A DNA stretch of 64,000 bases from an uncultured virus (IMG/VR IMGVR_UViG_3300009529_000008) (taxonomy: Duplodnaviria > Heunggongvirae > Uroviricota > Caudoviricetes), in IMG/VR virus record IMGVR_UViG_3300009529_000008; one strand, 5' to 3'. Positions 29,419-39,800 of this stretch are shown here, one piece after another; positions within the stretch are counted from its first letter, which is position 1; the number at the start of each line of letters is the position of its first letter. A program made the translations under genes and the position numbers. The notes under the pieces were generated by a model. That model did not search any database, was not told the DNA's origin, and saw only the letters and a list, made by a program, of their open reading frames with translations.

Positions 29419-29643
29419 ATGGGTAAAATAAAAGGATGGAAGTGGGCGCATGTACCCAAAACTAAGAAGTTTAACGGCAAGACATACCGAAGAGGCAATA
29501 TGCCTAATGACTCGAAGAGCGAAGCTATCAGAGGTGCCAAATCTCTCCGTAGTGTAGGGCAGTTGGCAAGAGTCGTGAACGTGGCAGGGGAATGGTGGGT
29601 ATACAAAAGAATACCAGAAGATTTAAGAATAAAAAGACGATGA
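29419..29643 (+). CDS. Small basic protein (F[DN]GK.Y family)
   Basis: KFNGKTY...SKSEA...AK.LR..G..ARVV...WWVYKR. Confidence 0.7.
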   Translation: MGKIKGWKWAHVPKTKKFNGKTYRRGNMPNDSKSEAIRGAKSLRSVGQLARVVNVAGEWWVYKRIPEDLRIKRR

Positions 29644-29647
29644 TAGT

Positions 29648-29938
29648 ATGCTAAAAACCAAAGCAGAAGCGGTAGCAGCCGCTAAAAGAGTCAAGGAACT
29701 GATGAAGGAAGTTGAGGGTTTGAAAACATCTTTGAAAACTCTTGATAATGAACAGATAAATGCAGAGAAAAGAATGAAATCACTTTCGGCGACTTCAAAA
29801 CAGTTACCAGAGGCTATACGGTTGGTAAAAAATCTTAACACCGCATGGATCAATGGAGCGGAAAAAAGAAATTCAGTTAAGAAAAAACTGATCAAAGAGT
29901 ACACGGCAGTTCTGGATTATAAAAAGAGGAATCCATAA
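29648..29938 (+). CDS. Basic coiled-coil protein
   Basis: Heptad pattern; KTKAEA. Confidence 0.55.
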   Translation: MLKTKAEAVAAAKRVKELMKEVEGLKTSLKTLDNEQINAEKRMKSLSATSKQLPEAIRLVKNLNTAWINGAEKRNSVKKKLIKEYTAVLDYKKRNP

Positions 29939-30098
29939 TGTATAAATTAATCGAAGAAACCGTCATCGCTGATATTAAGGTAGAGGAATCTGACGACCTC
30001 AAATTTTTACGAGGTCGTAAAGACGCGCTAGAATCAACAGCGATGGAGCACACATATAGAATCGACTAAAACCGTTGTATAAATAGGAGGCAAAAAAA

Positions 30099-30380
30099 AT
30101 GCAAATGACAGAAGAGTATGCAAAGAAGCAAGGGTATAAAAAACTCAGCAGAACGAAGCATTGGTATAGATTTCCGAAAGTTGTGGGAAATGTTTGGGCA
30201 AAATTGGGTGTAAAATCCCCCCGTAGTGTTTGCTTCGAGCAGTTACGACATGGTGGAGGAGTGTATATTGTGTACACATTTCTGCACACCGCTACTTCAC
30301 GAATCAAGGTATTGGGAGTAAGAGATTCATTTATCAATGCACAGCATTTTGCAGAGAGTTGGATGAGGCAGAATGATTGA
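30099..30380 (+). CDS. Small basic protein
   Basis: GGAGG SD. Confidence 0.6.
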   Translation: MQMTEEYAKKQGYKKLSRTKHWYRFPKVVGNVWAKLGVKSPRSVCFEQLRHGGGVYIVYTFLHTATSRIKVLGVRDSFINAQHFAESWMRQND

Positions 30381-30401
30381 AGAAATAGGAGGTGATAAAA
30401 A

Positions 30402-30575
30402 ATGGGAAAAAGAGAAATCATAAAAAAGAAAACCAGAAAGTTTTATGTAGAGCGAAAGGCAAACGGACAGTTTAAGAAGTGGACACGCATAGGGAGAAGT
30501 CTAAAAGTGGATAGAAGAGTAAAAGCGAAAAGGAAGGTAAAATCGGGATATGGACATCTCGGTGATAGGAAATAG
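30402..30575 (+). CDS. Small basic protein (57 aa), YV.R...GQFK....GRSL..DRR.KAK..VK.G.G..GD family
   Basis: GGAGGTGA SD; motif recalled from conserved bacterial hypothetical proteins. Confidence 0.7.
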   Translation: MGKREIIKKKTRKFYVERKANGQFKKWTRIGRSLKVDRRVKAKRKVKSGYGHLGDRK

Positions 30576-30577
30576 TA

Positions 30578-30727
30578 ATGCCAAAATTTTTCAAGATTGG
30601 ACGTTGGTGGTTCACTAAACGAGAAGAAGCAGAAGCGGAAAGAAAGCACGGTGAGAACATATATTTCGATACCTGCCAAAAGGTTTATTACATCAGAAAA
30701 CCAAAACAATCAATTTGGGTCTTTTAA
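30578..30727 (+). CDS. Small basic protein (49 aa)
   Basis: MPKFFKIGRWWFTKREEAEA...YYIRKP. Confidence 0.6.
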   Translation: MPKFFKIGRWWFTKREEAEAERKHGENIYFDTCQKVYYIRKPKQSIWVF

Positions 30728-31155
30728 TGAAAATGCAAAAAGCTAAAAAGAAGGCAAGTAGGAAACTGAAGAAGCAGGTATCACTTAAATCACGTATATC
30801 CCGTGGAGTATTATATCACGGATCACCGAGAAAGGGATTGCGATGGATAACTCCTTCATCATTATACATGGAAGACGAAATGGCTCCACCATTGTTGCGT
30901 TTTATGGCTGGCAGTGAATTGGTCTGGGCTACATCAAGTTTTCAACGTGCTGTTGGTGCGGCAGTTTCATCTTTGAGAGCGGGTCAACGTGTAAAAGCTA
31001 TTTCAGTATATGCTGTTAGTCGGAGTTCTTTCCAAAAAGAAGTTGATGGATATGCAAGTCCAAAAAAAGTACGGGTGTTAAAGGAGTATCGAGTTACCTC
31101 ACCGTGGGGGCGTTGGGAATTTGACCATGCTACCGAAAAATATGTTATATTGTAA
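30727..31155 (+). CDS. Putative ADP-ribosyltransferase-fold protein (Arr-like) with a basic N-terminal tail
   Basis: LYHGS, VWATS, VY.V, S...VRVL.E. Confidence 0.6.
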   Translation: MKMQKAKKKASRKLKKQVSLKSRISRGVLYHGSPRKGLRWITPSSLYMEDEMAPPLLRFMAGSELVWATSSFQRAVGAAVSSLRAGQRVKAISVYAVSRSSFQKEVDGYASPKKVRVLKEYRVTSPWGRWEFDHATEKYVIL

Positions 31156-31276
31156 GAGGAGAAAATAATGCCAAAAACAAAAAAGAAATCGAAGAAGAAA
31201 ACGGTTGTACAGGTTTACAATTCAAAAACCAAAAGATGTGTAAAGGGTACTATTCGCTAAAACAGGAGGGAAGGAT

Positions 31277-31867
31277 GTGAAAACTATACCAAAAAGTTTA
31301 GAGCCATTAGCAAAAGAAGCGCGCAAGTATAAAACAGCAGAAGAGTTTGAAAACGCGATGAAAAAAGCATCAAAATCTATAACCAAATGGAAAGAATACG
31401 TAGATAGAAACTATTTTGATGTAGCTAATGAATATTTACACGATGCTTTTAGAGAACTAAAAACTGATAAAGTTTCAACCATGATTTTAGAAAAACTTAA
31501 AAATATTAATCTCCGTGATTTCTATAAGCAAGCAACTAAACAAGGCTTAACTCGGACATGGAACTCAAAGACAAAACAATGGGAATATAAATACACAAAG
31601 AGAAAGAAGAAAGCTACGAAGAAACAACCAGATATAAAACTATCTCAACACGACAAACTACTTTTAGCTGGCGAATACAAAATACAGGATAAGCCTAAAG
31701 AAGTACGGAATTTAGGAAAGCCGATTACGAGCAACTTAAAGAAGATAACTAAAACTAAACCTAAAACAAAACCAAAGAAGAAAAAGCGAACTAAATCTAA
31801 ATCTAAACCACGGTCACCTTTTGACTTTACAATACAGGAAACATTATTTGAAGGGGTGTTGAAATGA
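31277..31867 (+). CDS. Basic protein with LAKEARKYK.AEEF...L.DFY.QA motif and K-rich tail
   Basis: Motif and composition; GGAGG SD. Confidence 0.6.
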   Translation: MKTIPKSLEPLAKEARKYKTAEEFENAMKKASKSITKWKEYVDRNYFDVANEYLHDAFRELKTDKVSTMILEKLKNINLRDFYKQATKQGLTRTWNSKTKQWEYKYTKRKKKATKKQPDIKLSQHDKLLLAGEYKIQDKPKEVRNLGKPITSNLKKITKTKPKTKPKKKKRTKSKSKPRSPFDFTIQETLFEGVLK

Positions 31868-32424
31868 CCTTAAAAAACCCAGAAGAGTATGATATTGTAG
31901 GGTATTTAAGTAATCGAGTAGGTACACTACATCATGCTACACGAAAATATTTTGTAGATATAGGAGGAAATAAATGGAACAGAGAATCTACTGCGGGAAT
32001 ACCACCTTTGTATTCTATTGTAAAGAAGAAGAAAAATAGTATAGTGTACCATGAACTGGACGCAATTAAAAAAACAAGAAGCGAAACGAAGAAACATATT
32101 TTACAATACATTAAAAATAAAGATTGGTTACTGTTTCCCGTTTTATTTGATGCACTCGAAAAAGAGTATCATCATGGTGCTGCGGGAATATCTGATGGAA
32201 TATGTAGTCTAAAATCACAGGGATTGATTGAAACAAAGGAAACAACTGAGAAATATGGGAAATATGGAAAGGGTACTGGACTAATAAAGGAAAAGAAGGG
32301 GAAGTCTAAAACAAAAGGAAAGAAGAAAAAGCCTGTTAAAGGAAAATCACCTAAGATAGATGAAGGAAAGGTTGATGATTTCTTTTTAGAATGGGAAAAA
32401 GTTATTTATAATTTAAAATTTTAG
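31864..32424 (+). CDS. Basic protein with possible winged-helix domain and K-rich tail
   Basis: ILQYIK...L...L......I...I..LK.QGLIE. Confidence 0.55.
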   Translation: MTLKNPEEYDIVGYLSNRVGTLHHATRKYFVDIGGNKWNRESTAGIPPLYSIVKKKKNSIVYHELDAIKKTRSETKKHILQYIKNKDWLLFPVLFDALEKEYHHGAAGISDGICSLKSQGLIETKETTEKYGKYGKGTGLIKEKKGKSKTKGKKKKPVKGKSPKIDEGKVDDFFLEWEKVIYNLKF

Positions 32425-32437
32425 GAGGTTGTAAAAA

Positions 32438-32782
32438 ATGATAGGCACGCCAGGATTAGGATTTGGAAAATATTACAAATACATGCTTGCTTGGGATATT
32501 GTAGAAAAGGAAGAATTAAGAGAATTGATAGCGAATATAAAATACCAGACCGCAATAAAGAACTTTAAAAGTGGTTTGAAAATACCCACTGGGATGACCC
32601 TTCAAAAATCCTTAACCAAAACAGGTGGACAGATGTATTTCAAAAGTAGTGATGGAAAGAAAAAATCGAAAGTTTTAAATACTAAGAAAACAAAGAAGAG
32701 AGTAAAAAAAGGAAGCGACAATCTTATGACTTTCGGAATAAGGATGGCGGATGTTAGAACGTTGGAGGATATGGTGAAATGA
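32438..32782 (+). CDS. Basic protein with K-rich tail
   Basis: GGAGG SD; composition. Confidence 0.55.
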   Translation: MIGTPGLGFGKYYKYMLAWDIVEKEELRELIANIKYQTAIKNFKSGLKIPTGMTLQKSLTKTGGQMYFKSSDGKKKSKVLNTKKTKKRVKKGSDNLMTFGIRMADVRTLEDMVK

Positions 32783-32982
32783 AAACATTAGAAAAAGATA
32801 TGGAAAACATAAGGAAGTTGTTGGATGATTTAGGATACTGCAAAGATTGTATTTCAGATATACAAATACAAATAGCCAGAGAATCATTCGAAACAAACGA
32901 AGAGATTTTAGAGGAGATTGGAAGAGCATCAGACTTTTTGGTAGATGCAGAAAAACATTTAAAGAAAACGGTGGATGATTAG
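32779..32982 (+). CDS. Small acidic helical protein
   Basis: Coupled ORF. Confidence 0.5.
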   Translation: MKTLEKDMENIRKLLDDLGYCKDCISDIQIQIARESFETNEEILEEIGRASDFLVDAEKHLKKTVDD

Positions 32983-32987
32983 ATAAA

Positions 32988-33212
32988 ATGAATATAAAAT
33001 ATCAATTGGAAAAATTCGAGGAATGTCAACAACTTCAGAAGGAAATAAACAGAAAAGAGCGATGGATTAAATACTTATCCCGTTTTTGGATTATAAAAAA
33101 AATCTTTGTCCATGATATAAATATTCTTTCTTTTGAAATAATGATCTTACGTATAGACCAAATAGATGCTAGTATAAAAGGATTAATAGATGCAGAAAAG
33201 AATAAAATATGA
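32988..33212 (+). CDS. Hypothetical protein
   Basis: Coupled ORF. Confidence 0.45.
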   Translation: MNIKYQLEKFEECQQLQKEINRKERWIKYLSRFWIIKKIFVHDINILSFEIMILRIDQIDASIKGLIDAEKNKI

Positions 33213-33448
33213 AACAATCAAAACTTGTATCGGGAAAACCAGAAATTATATCGGTTTGGAAATTTAAAGGTGGTAACCTTCTAAGAATCAAAAAAGCATT
33301 ACGAAAAGGAAAGAAAAAGATAGTACTACAAAGTTATAAACAAGGAAAGTGGAAAACATTTCAAACATTAAGCGAAGATAAACTTCCTATTATTATGGAA
33401 AATATAAAAAAGAAGAAAGGAGTTAAAACGGGAAATACGATAAAATGA
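33209..33448 (+). CDS. Small basic protein
   Basis: Coupled ORF, K-rich. Confidence 0.5.
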   Translation: MKQSKLVSGKPEIISVWKFKGGNLLRIKKALRKGKKKIVLQSYKQGKWKTFQTLSEDKLPIIMENIKKKKGVKTGNTIK

Positions 33449-33659
33449 ATAAAAAAGTGAGAAGATATAAAATATGGGGTGATTCTCCCGCAAGAAAAGA
33501 ACCACAATACTTCTTTGCGAAGAACAAAGCGAGTTTGCTAAAAAGTTTTTCCGAATTAACAAGAGAGAAAATTAGAAAAGGAAAGATAAATGTCAAATAT
33601 AATGGGGTTGTTGATTGGTAAAAATGATAGAACAGCAAGAGAAGTGGTTAAGGAAACAT

Positions 33660-35025
33660 GGATATAGTTACGTTTTTCAATAAAAACAAATAAAAATACA
33701 TTCAAATAATATCATTAAGTTAAAACCATAAACCAGCCGATTGGTAGAGAAAGAAGGAGGAGAGAACAAAGAATGAAAATTAATGTCGTGCGAACAGAGC
33801 AAATATGGCTACATCCAAGCAGAATACTCAGCAATCTCTGCCATCTGTCTAAGAATCTCTATAACCAGGCGAATTACATTATCAAGCAAGCGGAGAAAGG
33901 GAATTGGATTCGATATAGCAAGCTGAATGCAATCCTCAGAGAAGAGAACGAGAACTATAAAGCATTGCCTGCACAGACGGCACAACAAATCCTTAAACTC
34001 GTTGATAAAAGCTGGAAGTCCTTTTTCAAAGTAATACGGGAATGGAAAGCACATCCTGAAAAATTCTTAAAGAAGCCGAATCCACCCCGTTATAAGAGGA
34101 AAGACGGGGAGCATATCCTGGTGTTTACAAATCAGCAGTGCAAGATAAGAGAGGGACGACTTATCTTTCCTAAGATGGTGGGATTGGAGATAAAAACACG
34201 ATTGCTTGATGAAACAAATCTCAGAGAAGTAAGGATAATTCCACGGGGCGTGGGTTATGTGTGCGAAATAGTATATGAGAAGGAGGTGATAGGAGAAGAG
34301 CGAAATAGGGACAGGGTTGTAGGAATAGATTTTGGAAGCAAGAACATCATTGCAATGGTAAACAATATCGGTGAGAAGTCGATTGTTGTTAAGGATGATG
34401 GGCAAGGCATAAAATCTATCAACCAGTTTTATAATAAGTGGAAAGCGGAATTGCAGAGTATTTATGACAAACAGGGGATAAAATACGGGGATAAGATGCG
34501 GAGATTGGAAACAAAGCGGAACAAGAAAGTTAATGACTGGATACACAAACTGAGCAGATTCATCGTGGATTGGTGTGAGAAGTATGACATCGGAACGATA
34601 ATAGTGGGGCATAATGACAATTGGAAACAAGAAGTTGAATTGGGGAGGAGAAATAACCAGAACTTTGTTCAAATTGCATTTGATACGATAATACGGAAAG
34701 TGGTGTATAAAGCGGAAGAGAAAGGGATGGAAGTAAAAGAGCAGGAGGAGAGTCATACAAGCAAATGCAGCTTCTTAGACCGGGAGTCAGTGGAACACCA
34801 CGATAAATATGTTGGTAAGCGGATACGAAGAGGATTGTTCAGAACGGCAAAGGGATTGCTAATTAATGCAGACGTAAACGCTGGCTACAACATAATAAAG
34901 AAAAGCGACCCGAAAGCCTTTGCGAGAGTTGAGGCAGACGGTGTAGGAGGGTGTGCCTTACACCCGTTGTGTTGTTATATAACACATAAAGGAACACTTA
35001 TCAATGTTTAGTGTTTTTCATAAGG
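33660..35025 (+). mobile_element. Non-autonomous TnpB element (IS607/IS1341-like), GG at both junctions
   Basis: Removal at GG/GG restores a 33-aa ORF (33624-33661 joined to 35026-35089); right end TGTTTTTCATAAGG shared with the element at 51334. Confidence 0.6.
33773..35011 (+). CDS. tnpB: TnpB RNA-guided nuclease, rearranged-RuvC clade
   Basis: SKNLYN.ANY, GIDFG, IVG.N..WKQ...NNQNFV.I, EESHTS, INAD.NA. Confidence 0.93.
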   Translation: MKINVVRTEQIWLHPSRILSNLCHLSKNLYNQANYIIKQAEKGNWIRYSKLNAILREENENYKALPAQTAQQILKLVDKSWKSFFKVIREWKAHPEKFLKKPNPPRYKRKDGEHILVFTNQQCKIREGRLIFPKMVGLEIKTRLLDETNLREVRIIPRGVGYVCEIVYEKEVIGEERNRDRVVGIDFGSKNIIAMVNNIGEKSIVVKDDGQGIKSINQFYNKWKAELQSIYDKQGIKYGDKMRRLETKRNKKVNDWIHKLSRFIVDWCEKYDIGTIIVGHNDNWKQEVELGRRNNQNFVQIAFDTIIRKVVYKAEEKGMEVKEQEESHTSKCSFLDRESVEHHDKYVGKRIRRGLFRTAKGLLINADVNAGYNIIKKSDPKAFARVEADGVGGCALHPLCCYITHKGTLINV

Positions 35026-35421
35026 TAGTGATGTAGCAATTAAAGAGATTGAGCTACATCAAAAAATTCTATTAGGTAAAGAAAAATGAACGAAACCAAA
35101 GAAGAAGCAGATATAAAGGAATTTTTAGAATACGGGTACACAATGGAAGAGATAGAAAAAATGAGTAACGAGAAGTCTGTTTACAGTGTGGTCGCATTGA
35201 TAAATGGAAAAATTAAAGAGGAGATAGATAAGGAATTGGGAAAAAGGTAAAATGAGAAGATTTCAGTTAAGACCGCAAATAGAAGAAATGCCAGATATAA
35301 AAGACATAGAAATAGACGGTAACATTATAAGATTTATCAATATACGTAAAGGTAAAGAAAACGAACCGAGTATTGTTATCGAAAGCAGGAGAGAAAAAAG
35401 AAGAATTAGGGGGGTGATAAA

Positions 35422-35721
35422 ATGAGCATATTAAAAAAAATATTGGCTAAAAGAACAGTTAAGAAAAGCATAAACCGTCTTGAAAAATCGAAAATAAAAA
35501 GAATAAAAGCCAGAAGTAAGAGAGTGGGTGTCGAGTTCAGAATACCGTCCAAACGTATATTTGAGGGAAAGGAATATAGAATTTTTGATTGGAAAATATC
35601 TCTACCAGCAGCAAAAAAGATAGCAAAGGAACTACGTGAAGATGATTATAAATCCCGTGTTGCGGAACAGTGTAGTGGCGATGGTCGAAAAGGTTGGGGT
35701 ATTTACATAAGGAAAGAATAA
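35422..35721 (+). CDS. Small basic protein (F[DN]GK.Y family)
   Basis: IFEGKEY...AAKKIAKELR...YKSRV...WGIYIRK. Confidence 0.7.
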   Translation: MSILKKILAKRTVKKSINRLEKSKIKRIKARSKRVGVEFRIPSKRIFEGKEYRIFDWKISLPAAKKIAKELREDDYKSRVAEQCSGDGRKGWGIYIRKE

Positions 35722-35733
35722 ACAACAGTTTTT

Positions 35734-36768
35734 ATGAAAACCTTAACACAAGCTGAGATAAGAAGGAAGAATGCAGCACTGACGATTGTAAAAACTCTAT
35801 CAGAAGAGACAAGCATAATAGCAAAACCGTTAAGTAGTATTGACATAAAAAATATCCCTAACTCAGTAGAACCAGCTATAAAAAACTGGATACGGAAATA
35901 TAAAGGCAAAAGCGAAGTTTATGGTTCTGCTGCAATGGCAACACACTCAATACATGCACGCAGACCACAGGATTTAGACATAGTAATAGATAATCCTTCT
36001 CATGCTGCACATATTTTATCAGAATTGATGAGACAGCGAGGCATAAAAACTAAAATCGTTGCCAATTCAGAATGGGGTAGTTATGTTGTTCAGGTTAATA
36101 TCAAAGGTGAATGGAAGGACGCACTGGATATACACCCCATTAAAGACCATTATGGTAAATATGAATTTTACGGTTCTTCAAAACCACCTATAAAGAAGAA
36201 AGGTATAAACTTACAAAGAGCATCCGACCAGCTCCTTCGGAAGTTTAATGCAATTACACAATGCCAGAAAGACGGCTCAATGGGTGCTGCACCACATAGA
36301 GAAATCAAAGATACCATAGATGCTATACAAATCACTGAACTATTACTTGCTTCTATGGAACTCAAATCAAAAGCGGAAATAGCAAAAGCCAAAAAAGTAA
36401 GAGAAGAATTAAAAATATGGAAGACACATCTAAGAACATTACAAAAAGGAAAGAAAAGTGCAGTAAAAAGAGAACCATTAAGTGCGACACGTCAGAAGAA
36501 GTTTATAGCTAAAGTAGTTAAGGAAACAGATAAAGATATTGACGATTTGATATTTGAAAATGGTAAAGTAATTCTACGTAAAACATCTTTATCTAAAACA
36601 ATAAAAATGTCTAATAAAAGAGTAGTTGTAAATCCCTATTATGGTATAACAGAATCACCATATCAACAAAAGAAAGAAGGACAAAGAAGAAAGAAGAAAA
36701 TAACAAGAGTACCTTACGATAAAATCTTAAAAGCAACACATTCATTCTCAGAAACGTTAAAAAGATAG
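35734..36768 (+). CDS. Pol-beta-superfamily nucleotidyltransferase (AbiEii/MenT-like) with a basic tail
   Basis: VYGS, R.P.DLDIV, LDIH, Q..RK, R.IKD..D. Confidence 0.75.
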   Translation: MKTLTQAEIRRKNAALTIVKTLSEETSIIAKPLSSIDIKNIPNSVEPAIKNWIRKYKGKSEVYGSAAMATHSIHARRPQDLDIVIDNPSHAAHILSELMRQRGIKTKIVANSEWGSYVVQVNIKGEWKDALDIHPIKDHYGKYEFYGSSKPPIKKKGINLQRASDQLLRKFNAITQCQKDGSMGAAPHREIKDTIDAIQITELLLASMELKSKAEIAKAKKVREELKIWKTHLRTLQKGKKSAVKREPLSATRQKKFIAKVVKETDKDIDDLIFENGKVILRKTSLSKTIKMSNKRVVVNPYYGITESPYQQKKEGQRRKKKITRVPYDKILKATHSFSETLKR

Positions 36769-36801
36769 GTAGAAAGAGAAGGAGAAAGAAGAAAAAATAA
36801 A

Positions 36802-39800
36802 ATGGTTTGGTATGATCCACGTACATGGACTACGCAAATACGGCAAGCACATAGACAACCAACGAGAACATCTCAGCGATTGGCACAGCGACAAACAGAA
36901 TGGTGGAGAACACACATAACCCCTCACCAACCAACACCAACACAGGAGAAAAGGACTTTACAGGAAATGAGTGGTGGCAGATTAACCATACCATCTATAA
37001 TGTCAATGACACGTAAGAAAAGAATCCCTATATCGGTTGAGCCTTTTAGAAAAAGAGAAATCTCAATAAAAAGAGAAAAACCTAAACCTAAACCTAAACC
37101 TATATTTGTACCACATAAACCTGAAACTTATAGACCTTCACCTACTACACCCACTAAACCATCTAAACCAACAATAAGTCCAGGACGGATGGGATTGACG
37201 GTGGGTGCTCAAGCAGTTTTACCCTTTTTAAAGGAGAAAGTACCACCAACTATTAAACAAATAAAAAGTAAAATAGGAAGTATAGGTATTTATTCAACTA
37301 CTTTTGGTTATGTTAAACCGAGTGAGGTATCAAAACTCCTTGCTGTACCAAGTAAAGAACCACCTAAGTTTAGAGATATACTATTTGAACCTGCAAAAGT
37401 TCATACTAAAATCAAAACCACATTATTGACAGGTGCAGAAGTAATTACAGGGAGAGTTTGGAAAGAAAAAGTTGTAGCTCCTGTTATTAGTGGATATAAA
37501 AAATATAAAACATGGGAAGAAAAGAGAATAGGAATACCTACAACAAAATTACCTTCAAAAGACCTCAAAGAAACATATCAAAAAGAATACGTACCTCCGC
37601 TTCGAGAACCCTTGGAAAAGATATTTGAAACAGTATTCGGTAAAGAGAGATTTGCTCGAATGCAAGAAGAATTTAAACCAAAAGAAGGAATAGACCCTTA
37701 TGCTATTACACCTACAACATTAAGAGAAGCAGGAAGGAGATATACAAGATTAGTATCTGAACCTGTTCATACTCTTATGGGTGGGAAAAGACAGGTAGAT
37801 ATAATAAGACAAGAAAAAACAGTATCAGAAACACATAGAGCAACACAGGATTTAATAAAACCTGAATGGACTAAACCATCTGGAGAAATTATTTTACCTG
37901 TTAAACCATCACAAGAAATTGTAGATTGGAGTAATAAATGGAAACCTTATATAAAAGGTGAAACCTTTACTGGAACTGAAGAACAGTTTAACGAATATCA
38001 ATCAGAATTTGAGAAGTACTATACTAAAAAGAATGGTGAATATTACCCTAAAGATAAATATGTTGAATATACTCCTGAAGCACAAAAATACGTAACAGCG
38101 TATGAAACATACGAAACAGAACAAGCAAAACTTGAAGGAATGCCTGAACCACACGTGGCAAGGCGATTTGGAATGGGTGCAGGTACAATGATTGCATCCT
38201 TACCTGGTTTTTTAGTTTTCGAAGCGCCTCGTATCGCTGTTGAAACGATTATCAAACCAACTGTAGCTCCAGGAAAATTAACTGAATATGGAAAAGGAAT
38301 GGTTGAATTTGCAAAAGTAAAACCAGTTGAATTTACAGGTTCGATAACTGCCATGTGGGGTTTAGGAGGATTTAGAGTTCCAGGTGGAAGATTTAAAATT
38401 CAAAAAGCAAAAATGCCTTCGGGAGCAGTATCATATTCTGCAGGGTTTTTAAGAACAAAAAAGACAAGTATTTTAGGCAAGCCTGCATATCAAGAATTTT
38501 ATGCTGGTCCAACTTTTACTTATAAACTACCAAAAACAGTAACAAGAGAACCTTTAGAATTTGGGAAACCAATAGTTGGAGAGGCTGAAATAGTAGTAGC
38601 CTTTGCAAAAGTAAATGAAGGTTATGTTGCAGGTTCGAGAGGTATCTATTATCAGATGCCAAAAGGTACAGTAAGGTATGGTGCTGATACTGATATATAC
38701 TTTGCAGGGAAGACACGACCACAAATAAGGACGTTGGCAGATAAGTTACAATCTCAACTCGGTAAGAATTATGAAGTAAGAATTAGTAAAGGTGGTAATG
38801 CCCAAATATACAATAAAACTACAGGAAAGCAAGTTGTTGATATGTTAACAAGAAAAGTAGGTCAAGATAAAATAGTTATAAAAAATGATATACCTTTAAG
38901 AGATTATAAACAGATTTTAAGGGATAAAAGAGCAATAGTAAAACATGTTTCAAAATCAGACCCCAAATATAAAAAAGCAGTAACCGATTTAACAAAGACA
39001 GAAGAAGCAATAAAGAAAGGTGAATACAAAATTCGTACAGAAAGAGGAGTCAGTTTTAAACGATACCCGGTAACATCTTATAAACAACTTTTTGGTGCAG
39101 AAAAAGGAAAGTGGTTACCAGAATCTCCATTTGAAACAAAAATATTAAGGAAGATTTCTGGTGTAGAAGAACCGTTAATAGTTGAAGCACGTGGTACAAG
39201 ATTTTTTACTATCAGGTCAAAGGTTGCGGCAAAGGAAGTAAAGTCAGGTATAATTGAAATATTAGAACGAGAAAAAGTTCCAAATCCAAGTAAAGTGGCG
39301 GATGTTATAATAAGAGACTTAAAAAAATATAATGCAGAGTTGTATGGAAGTTTAATACAACAACAAGCAGGAAAAGCTATTGGAAAGCCCGGATTGGGCA
39401 GAGTAGCGAGAGATATTGATGTACATGTAACAGGTATGGAAGAGTTTGCTGAAGTTGTTGTAGAATCTATAAATAGAGCGGCGGGAAGGAAAGTAATTAA
39501 AGTTAAAGTGGATATACATGGAAAAACACCCACAATGATAAAATCAGGAGAGAAGTTATTTGATATTCATAGTAAAGAAGTTCCTGGATATAAATATGGC
39601 GAAGAGTTTTTGGGATGGGGTTTATCTGCTGAAAAGATGGTAAAAACAAAAGAAGGACTTAAAGGTATTACTTTATCTGAGCAGGCTTCACGTAAATTTA
39701 GGGGAGCAGTTCAAGTGAGAAGTGAACCATTCTATATTATTGAAGGTATAAATCCTAAAACAGGTGCACTAGAGATAATGCTGAAACCTGCAAGATTAGT

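Noticed and set aside
33809..34760. Antisense ORFs over tnpB, and similar shadow ORFs over iscB and other genes
   Set aside because: They overlap well-supported genes on the other strand and show no motifs
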